Virus record (IMG/VR): IMGVR_UViG_3300028840_001735
DNA length: 64,000 nt
Origin: a virus
Direction: 5' to 3' (one strand)
A program made the position numbers and the translations under genes. A model generated the notes under the pieces. The model did not search any database. It saw only the letters and a list, made by a program, of their open reading frames with translations, and had not been told where the DNA came from. Below, one piece after another: positions 1 through 5,569 of the stretch. Every line of letters starts with the position of its first letter. Within the stretch, counting starts at the first letter, position 1.

Positions 1-540
1 GTCGGCATTCCTTAGATAGGCATACCTTAGGTCTGCATTCCTTAGGTCTGCATTCCTTAGGTCAGCATTCCTTAGATTTACATACCTTAGATAGGCATTC
101 CTTAGGTCTGCATTCCTTAGGTTTACATACCTTAGGTCGGCATCCCTTAGGTCTGCATTCCTTAGGTCGGCATACCTTAGGTCAGCATACCTTAGATCTG
201 CATCTACCAGCTCGGCATTCCTTAGCTCGGCATTCCTTAGGTCTGCACCCCTTAGGTTGGCATTCCTTAGGTTGGCATTCCTTAGATCTGCATCTACCAG
301 CTCGGCATTCCTTAGATCTGCATCTACCAGCTCGGCATTCCTTAGGTCTGCACCCCATAGTTTGGCGCCACTTAGGTTGGCATTCCTTAGGTTGGCGCCA
401 CTTAAATTAGCATACCATAGGTCGGCACCCCTTAGGTCAGCATACCTTAGATCTGCATCTACCAGCTCGGCATTCCTTAGCTCGGCATTCCTTAGGTCTG
501 CACCCCTTAGGTTGGCATTCCTTAGATCAGTATCTGGTTT
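1..540 (-). repeat. 15-bp tandem repeat array (coding; one unit = one pentapeptide)
   Basis: About 36 head-to-tail 15-bp units share the core ccttag (e.g. gtcggcattccttag, gtctgcattccttag). The 90-bp block 181-270 is identical to 436-525, an offset of 255 bp or 17 units. Confidence 0.95.
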
Positions 541-564
541 AATAACGTATCCGTTGACTTCCAT
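1..564 (-). CDS. pentapeptide-repeat protein, 3'-truncated by the window edge (absent from ORF track)
   Basis: ATG at 564-562. The reverse frame is open for all 188 codons down to nt 1 (no tta/cta/tca among plus-strand triplets 1-3, 4-6, ...). Translation MEVNGYVIKPDTDLRNANLRGADLRNAELRNAELVDADLRYADLRGADLWYANLSGANLRNANLSGAKLWGADL... gives about 35 uninterrupted A(D/N/E)LxX pentapeptides. Confidence 0.85.
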   Translation of the reverse strand, partial: MEVNGYVIKPDTDLRNANLRGADLRNAELRNAELVDADLRYADLRGADLWYANLSGANLRNANLSGAKLWGADLRNAELVDADLRNAELVDADLRNANLRNANLRGADLRNAELRNAELVDADLRYADLRYADLRNADLRDADLRYVNLRNADLRNAYLRYVNLRNADLRNADLRNADLRYAYLRNAD

Positions 565-573
565 TGTATCAAC

Positions 574-1863
574 CTATTCCGTGTAAAAATATTCATTTAA
601 AAATTCTATAACTTCCTTCATACGTTTACCCATTGTTAACCTACCAGGTTTCTTTTTTTCACTTTTCGCAGCAACTTGGTAAGACATAATCTGTCTATCC
701 GATAACTTCAAAACATCCGTAAAACCACCATCTTTCAAAGCAACTTTCAACCCATCATCTAATTCACCTGAAAATGAATGATTATGATCTGTTTGTTTTC
801 TGCCGTTAACAGCACGGCGCCGAACTTGTTTTTTTACTCTAACAAGTTCGGCAGATATCGTTTCAACGTTTTTATCAGCAGCCATAAAACTTAAAGTTGG
901 AAATTTCATTTTTGTGAAATTGTTATCGATCCAATAACGAACAACATCTTCAGGTGTCCTTTGAAGTTCAAGACACAAAATAGATAACTTAAGTGCCGAT
1001 GAATCATTTGATTTTACATCTTTGTAAAATGCACTTCCAATCGTTTTGTATCGTTCTGATTTATAAACTCTTATAAATTCTTTAATCATTTGTTTCTCTA
1101 AATCGTTTTGAATTTTCTTTCGTTCTTTAAGTCTCGGCTTAGATTTTAAGATCTGTAACATTCTAGATCTGATTGATGATTTAGGTTGAAATAGTTTTTT
1201 AGACGAACCGTTAGTGTTATTCGGTTTAATCTGCCTTCTGGCTGTCTGCTCCCTAAGCCGCTTGATTTTGTCAAAGTCGCGCTTATCACTTATCTTATCA
1301 TCCCTATTCTTTAACTTATTCTGTTTTTTAACTGGGTTTACTTTTTTAACTATTTTACTATCCGTGTTTAAATTAATTTTTAAATTGTCATTAAAACTAC
1401 AATTATTAACTATAAGCAAATCAGACCGTTTCAAAAACGGTTTCTGAAACGGTTTCGGAAACGGTTTCAAAAACCTAATAATTTGTTTATAACACTTATA
1501 CTTTAAACGGCATTTTGGCAATTCGTTCCATGCTTTTTTCCATGCTTTTACAACGTTCGGATTAGGTGGTTTATTGTAGTATATTTGAGTAGGTATCCAT
1601 ACCAATCCAGCGTTCCAATCTACCTCTATTAAACCCTTGTTTATAAGCTCTCTACACACTTTATCGAAGTCTTTAACGTTCCAATTGAAACGATCTATAA
1701 TTGTTCCTTTCCTAATTTCAAACAAACCAGGTATAATTCCTGATTCTTTAGCCGTCATTAAATAGATTAAAAGTGATTGCGCGTTCGGTTGTGGTGACGA
1801 TAACGTCCTAAACGTTTCATCATTCCAAATCGTTTTGTTTATTGTTGTGTGTTTAGTTGCCAT
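574..1863 (-). CDS. hypothetical protein; loosely replication-organiser/winged-helix-like N-terminus, Lys/Arg-rich centre
   Basis: 429-codon ORF with an ATG start. Its stop lies 9 nt before the next ATG. The N-terminal ~120 aa (TIWNDETFRTLSSPQPNAQSLLIYLMT...GLIEV) resembles phage DnaD/replication-organiser-type DNA-binding regions only loosely. No catalytic motif was seen. Confidence 0.4.
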   Translation of the reverse strand: MATKHTTINKTIWNDETFRTLSSPQPNAQSLLIYLMTAKESGIIPGLFEIRKGTIIDRFNWNVKDFDKVCRELINKGLIEVDWNAGLVWIPTQIYYNKPPNPNVVKAWKKAWNELPKCRLKYKCYKQIIRFLKPFPKPFQKPFLKRSDLLIVNNCSFNDNLKINLNTDSKIVKKVNPVKKQNKLKNRDDKISDKRDFDKIKRLREQTARRQIKPNNTNGSSKKLFQPKSSIRSRMLQILKSKPRLKERKKIQNDLEKQMIKEFIRVYKSERYKTIGSAFYKDVKSNDSSALKLSILCLELQRTPEDVVRYWIDNNFTKMKFPTLSFMAADKNVETISAELVRVKKQVRRRAVNGRKQTDHNHSFSGELDDGLKVALKDGGFTDVLKLSDRQIMSYQVAAKSEKKKPGRLTMGKRMKEVIEFLNEYFYTE

Positions 1864-1872
1864 TGTAATCTT

Positions 1873-2202
1873 TTAAAGTCTAATGAAACGATTATTTTTA
1901 TCTAAAATTGCACGTTTTTTAATTTCAATATGAATAGGTGATCTATCATGTTCTAACCGTTCATACAATTTAACAAATCCACACATACGCAATTCGTTCA
2001 ATAACGATCTTAATCTACCTCTACTATATTTGAATTTTTTAGATAGTGTTTTTAAACCGCTTTCTAATTCTTTATCTGTACAAAACATCAAACGAATCCA
2101 TATAGCAAACGCCGGTGGACTCATCTGATCGTATGCATCTAACAGATCAACACCTTGCCACGAACGTTTTTTACTACCTTTATTAACCGGACGTACAAAC
2201 AT
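1873..2202 (-). CDS. hypothetical small protein, winged-helix-like
   Basis: 109 codons with an ATG start, first gene after the 440-bp non-coding gap. The segment LKTLSKKFKYSRGRLRSLLNELRMCGFVK looks like a wHTH recognition region. This is a weak call. Confidence 0.35.
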   Translation of the reverse strand: MFVRPVNKGSKKRSWQGVDLLDAYDQMSPPAFAIWIRLMFCTDKELESGLKTLSKKFKYSRGRLRSLLNELRMCGFVKLYERLEHDRSPIHIEIKKRAILDKNNRFIRL

Positions 2203-2253
2203 ATTTTTAGAGAATCTCCCGTTTCCGTCTATTTGTTCTACTGTGATAAAACA

Positions 2254-2282
2254 AATATAAAAGAACTAAATATGATAAACAA
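2254..2282 (-). promoter_or_regulatory. candidate sigma70-type promoter for the 2202 operon
   Basis: Minus strand reads TTGTTT (2282-2277), 17 nt, TATATT (2259-2254), about 50 nt upstream of ATG 2202. The AT-rich context makes chance matches likely. Confidence 0.2.
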
Positions 2283-2512
2283 AAAAGTAACGTATCTTTT
2301 AAATAGCTCTGGGGAAAACAGAAGATTCTCTAAAAACACATTACCTTTTCTATTTGTCATCCTTTTTCCTTTTATAGCTTTATCACAGTAGATAGACACA
2401 ACCATACACTACCCCTACCCCTACAATCAAGTATTTTCTCAAAAAAAATTATTTACTTTTAAAAACTAAATAATTTTATAGGTAGCCGTGCTTTAGTATT
2501 GACTTACAGAAT

Positions 2513-2529
2513 AGCAATGTTACATTGCT
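2513..2529. promoter_or_regulatory. perfect 8+1+8 palindrome (operator-like)
   Basis: The sequence agcaatgt-t-acattgct lies inside the non-coding gap, next to a TTGACT...TACATT string. Confidence 0.3.
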
Positions 2530-2597
2530 AATTACAAAGCTCTTATTCCTTTCGAGTTTTGTACCTTTCTGTGTGTTATTGTTGTAGTGTTTCATAT

Positions 2598-2632
2598 TAT
2601 AAAGCCCTTGGTTATGAGACTAGGGCTTTATA
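2598..2632 (-). terminator. hairpin after the last lysis-module gene (weak terminator candidate)
   Basis: tataaagccct, 13-nt loop, agggctttata: an 11-bp stem starting 11 nt beyond the stop at 2643. There is no U-tract on the minus strand; cttttaaa follows on the plus strand. Confidence 0.3.
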
Positions 2633-2642
2633 CTTTTAAAGG

Positions 2643-2945
2643 CTAGTTATTTAAACGTTCACATTCATCAACTTCATTGCATGTTTTTGCTGTAACACGG
2701 CAATCAAGATCCCAATTAACTATACCGCTACTCTGAACGTTTTGACATACTTCAATACATGTAGCGCCTTCTAAAGTAGGTAAAGCCCAACTGCAATCAA
2801 GTTGTTCACCACGTTTACAAACATCATGACAACTTGGATTAACAACTGGTTCGATTTCGTTTTGAACTGGTTTTTGTGTTCTAGTTATACAACACGACAA
2901 AACACACAAGAATAAACTTGACATTAATAATTGTTTTATAATCAT
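2643..2945 (-). CDS. Cys-rich secreted protein, possible lipoprotein
   Basis: Signal-like N-terminus MIIKQLLMSSLFLCVLSCC with a lipobox-like VLSC. There are 8 Cys in the ~75-aa mature part. The start overlaps the upstream peptidase stop as ATGA. Confidence 0.55.
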   Translation of the reverse strand: MIIKQLLMSSLFLCVLSCCITRTQKPVQNEIEPVVNPSCHDVCKRGEQLDCSWALPTLEGATCIEVCQNVQSSGIVNWDLDCRVTAKTCNEVDECERLNN

Positions 2946-3721
2946 TTAAGTACCGGTGAATTTTCTACTACCCAAAAATCACGACAATAAGAAGATACAA
3001 TATAATCGTATGAAAATTTACAATATCCGCCGTCTTTCCAATCTGTTCCCCAAGAGTTTACAATATCAAAAGATCTTGAATCGTAACCGACGACTAACAT
3101 CGCGTGGCCACCGGCAATTGCGTCTTTATCTTCGGGCGGTACGGCGATATCGAAATCACCACGTATAAATTTGTTAGTTATCAACGCACCAAAGGATACT
3201 GTTCTACCTTCCGAAATAGCGCGTTTAATAGCCGTTATGCGCTTATAACCGCTTTGATATATGCGATAGTACCTAACAGGGGTTCGCTGATCGTGCGCAC
3301 TCATAAAGGCATCTGTAGCCGGCATAATAGACCAACGATATTCACCATTAACCTTGTCATGTAAATAAGGCCATGAATCTTCAGGTGGGTATCCTAACTT
3401 ATCAATAGCAGTGAATAGAGTTCTGAGGTAAGTACCTTCATCTAAATGCACTGCACTATGCTGAGCCCTGGATAAATAGTATCCCCACAGCCTAGAACCT
3501 AACTTAGGGTTAGTAATTCCTTGACGTTTATGATCTGCGCGTATCTGTTGAAAAACAGCATTAGCAACACATGTATTCATATTGCCTTGATCTAAAACAG
3601 ATACGATAAAAGAACGATTAGAAGCCGATGATTCTAATACATCTAAACTTAACAGATCATCGGCATTCCAATCTTGTTTTTCATTATTCCTTTTAGGACG
3701 ATCCGGTATCCAACCAAGCAT
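2942..3721 (-). CDS. papain-like (C1 family) cysteine peptidase
   Basis: DQGNMNTCVANA (Gln six residues before Cys), GGHAMLVVGYD and VNSWGTDWKDGGY match papain Gln19/Cys25, His159 and the Asn175-Ser-Trp-Gly motifs in the right order. No signal peptide is present. Confidence 0.75.
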   Translation of the reverse strand: MLGWIPDRPKRNNEKQDWNADDLLSLDVLESSASNRSFIVSVLDQGNMNTCVANAVFQQIRADHKRQGITNPKLGSRLWGYYLSRAQHSAVHLDEGTYLRTLFTAIDKLGYPPEDSWPYLHDKVNGEYRWSIMPATDAFMSAHDQRTPVRYYRIYQSGYKRITAIKRAISEGRTVSFGALITNKFIRGDFDIAVPPEDKDAIAGGHAMLVVGYDSRSFDIVNSWGTDWKDGGYCKFSYDYIVSSYCRDFWVVENSPVLK

Positions 3722-3725
3722 ACTA

Positions 3726-4154
3726 TTAATACTTTAACGCAAGTGGTTTAGGAATAACTAATTGTTCAGGAGATAATGAAAGCGTATCGTTTAAATTAGT
3801 TGCTTCTTTTATTCCTAATGGTTTAATCAATACTAACAATTGTTGATATGCTTCTTTAAACGCTTGAAACGCTTCGGCAATCTCTTCTTTACTAAGGTTT
3901 TCGGCACCTTGTGTAACTCTAATCGCTACATTTAAAGACGTCCTTGCGATAGATAAAACCTCGTTTATTTTTGCTTGTTTTTCTGGATTTGGATTCATTA
4001 TAAAATATCTATCTACATATTCTTCAATATTATCCAGAATAATCACGGCATCTAAAACAGCAGTGATCACCGTTGGTAATGTTGACAATACTGCTGAACA
4101 ACCTAACAACTGTACAAATAAAACAACACAAAACAACTTTTTTATATTATCCAT
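3726..4154 (-). CDS. lipoprotein, possible o-spanin-like component
   Basis: N-terminus MDNIKKLFCVVLFVQLLGCSAV carries the lipobox LLGC, and the rest is helical. At 142 aa it is larger than typical o-spanins. Confidence 0.35.
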   Translation of the reverse strand: MDNIKKLFCVVLFVQLLGCSAVLSTLPTVITAVLDAVIILDNIEEYVDRYFIMNPNPEKQAKINEVLSIARTSLNVAIRVTQGAENLSKEEIAEAFQAFKEAYQQLLVLIKPLGIKEATNLNDTLSLSPEQLVIPKPLALKY

Positions 4155-4170
4155 TTTTATATCCCTTCTT

Positions 4171-4650
4171 TCAATAACAGTCTAAATCACTGCAAACTTC
4201 TTGCGGAATTTTAGACTGTAAACGTTTTATGTTTTTACGCCTTATTCTTTCAATAGCTTGATCGCGTTCATTTTGGCAACGTTCAGAATTGCGAATGTTA
4301 CATTTAAATTTTTCATTTACTATACGTCGCGCTTCTCTGACAGCATAATCCCTATGTTGTACTGTTTGAAGTGCAGTTACTTTATCATCTAATTGTTTGA
4401 CGTTTTCTGCATTAACGCTGATCTTTTTTTCTAATTGAACATGTTCAATATCGTTTTGTTTTCTAAACTTTTTAAATTCTTTACTATCTGCTAACAAGTA
4501 GTTTAGGTAAGTAGTTCCCCCTGTTCCACCTCCTAATAATACGCCGATTACAATTGTTATAGTACGCCAATTCATTGAAGCACCAGTTGAATCTACTCTT
4601 ATCGAACGGCGTTTACTATCTTTAGGTAAAACTTCATCATGTACAGGCAT
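4171..4650 (-). CDS. membrane-anchored coiled-coil protein, i-spanin-like
   Basis: A single N-terminal TM segment (WRTITIVIGVLLGGGTGGTTYLNYLL) is followed by a charged helical region with C-terminal Cys residues. The gene lies between the endolysin and lipoprotein genes. Confidence 0.4.
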   Translation of the reverse strand: MPVHDEVLPKDSKRRSIRVDSTGASMNWRTITIVIGVLLGGGTGGTTYLNYLLADSKEFKKFRKQNDIEHVQLEKKISVNAENVKQLDDKVTALQTVQHRDYAVREARRIVNEKFKCNIRNSERCQNERDQAIERIRRKNIKRLQSKIPQEVCSDLDCY

Positions 4651-4651
4651 G

Positions 4652-4852
4652 TCATTTCTCCTTTAGCTTTTTTATAGCGTTAATTTTAGCTTGGTTCATA
4701 CGATATATAGATTCATCTAATCTGTATCGTCGCTGTTTTATCATCAATTCTTTTCCAACAATTCGTTGTCGTTTCTTTTCTTTAATGTAACCCCTAAAAC
4801 GGAAAAGTAAACGATACAACAAAACAAAAACATGTTTGATTTTACTAAACAT
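4652..4852 (-). CDS. hypothetical small basic protein
   Basis: 66 codons with an ATG start; the stop is 1 nt from the next ATG. It competes with an overlapping alternative frame (see findings). Confidence 0.4.
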   Translation of the reverse strand: MFSKIKHVFVLLYRLLFRFRGYIKEKKRQRIVGKELMIKQRRYRLDESIYRMNQAKINAIKKLKEK

Positions 4853-4870
4853 TTTAAACCCAACATACTA

Positions 4871-5554
4871 TTAAACTCCAGTAGCGTATTGAAAGTGCAT
4901 ATCATCACGGCGTTTCCATTCACCGCCCCAACTGAAACCATGCCTTTTAAATATTTCTACTAGTTTGAAATCTATATCACCTCGTTTGCCCGGCGGATTA
5001 GTTGCCCAGTTTATATCACATGCAATTCCCCAAGTGTGTAAAGATATTCCACTACGTGGATTATGATTTTTATGTCTAGGCGACCAAGTTCCAAATTGTA
5101 CTATTTCATAATCTAGATCGGCGTCTAATACATCTTGTAATGCCGCTTCAAAAACATGAACTATCTTTTTATGAATCCATTTCTTACCCACAATCGGCAA
5201 GTCTACCTTTGCTATATTTTTACGCGCCCAATCTCCTAAAAGTTCTATTCTACCACCTAAAGTATCTTTATAAGCTAACGTCCCAAACGTTCTACATACT
5301 TCTAAATCGCCGTGCGGTACAGGAACAGTAGATTCTTTTGAAATTTTATCGTCTATTATATTTCTCATAGCTGATAAAGTATATATACCAACTTCACCGG
5401 TAACCATATATTTCTGCTGAAAAGCAATAACTGCCTTTTTAGTTTTTGGTCCAAAGTCAGCGTCGATCTTTGCTTTATATAATCCGAGATCATAAAGGAA
5501 TTTTTGAATCTCTTTTACTTTCCTACCCTTATCACCATATTTTATTTTATCCAT
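4871..5554 (-). CDS. endolysin: peptidoglycan-binding domain + M15 (VanY-type) zinc peptidase
   Basis: The N-terminus is PG_binding_1-like (GDKGRKVKEIQKFLYDLGLY..DADFGPKTKKAVIAFQ). The C-terminus carries SLHTWGIACD ... WGGEW..RDDMHF, i.e. the H-x-D and D-x-x-H zinc motifs. Confidence 0.8.
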   Translation of the reverse strand: MDKIKYGDKGRKVKEIQKFLYDLGLYKAKIDADFGPKTKKAVIAFQQKYMVTGEVGIYTLSAMRNIIDDKISKESTVPVPHGDLEVCRTFGTLAYKDTLGGRIELLGDWARKNIAKVDLPIVGKKWIHKKIVHVFEAALQDVLDADLDYEIVQFGTWSPRHKNHNPRSGISLHTWGIACDINWATNPPGKRGDIDFKLVEIFKRHGFSWGGEWKRRDDMHFQYATGV

Positions 5555-5569
5555 TTTATTTCCCCTTCT

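Noticed and set aside
1-540. Possible CRISPR array or non-coding satellite
   Set aside because: The period is only 15 bp with no spacers. The units are contiguous and in frame with an ATG-initiated ORF. No cas genes or leader are present.
257-586. Plus-strand ORF (109 aa, MAFLRLAFLRSAS...) across the 15-bp repeat array
   Set aside because: It is the antisense reading of the pentapeptide-repeat gene. The product is low-complexity, there is no SD, and it runs opposite to every other gene. The minus-strand frame gives a textbook A(D/N)LxX protein.
2155-2391. 78-aa plus-strand ORF in the large intergenic gap
   Set aside because: It overlaps the 5' end of 1873..2202 and has no SD. The translation is AT-rich and low-complexity. 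It is retained only as part of the non-coding-gap finding.
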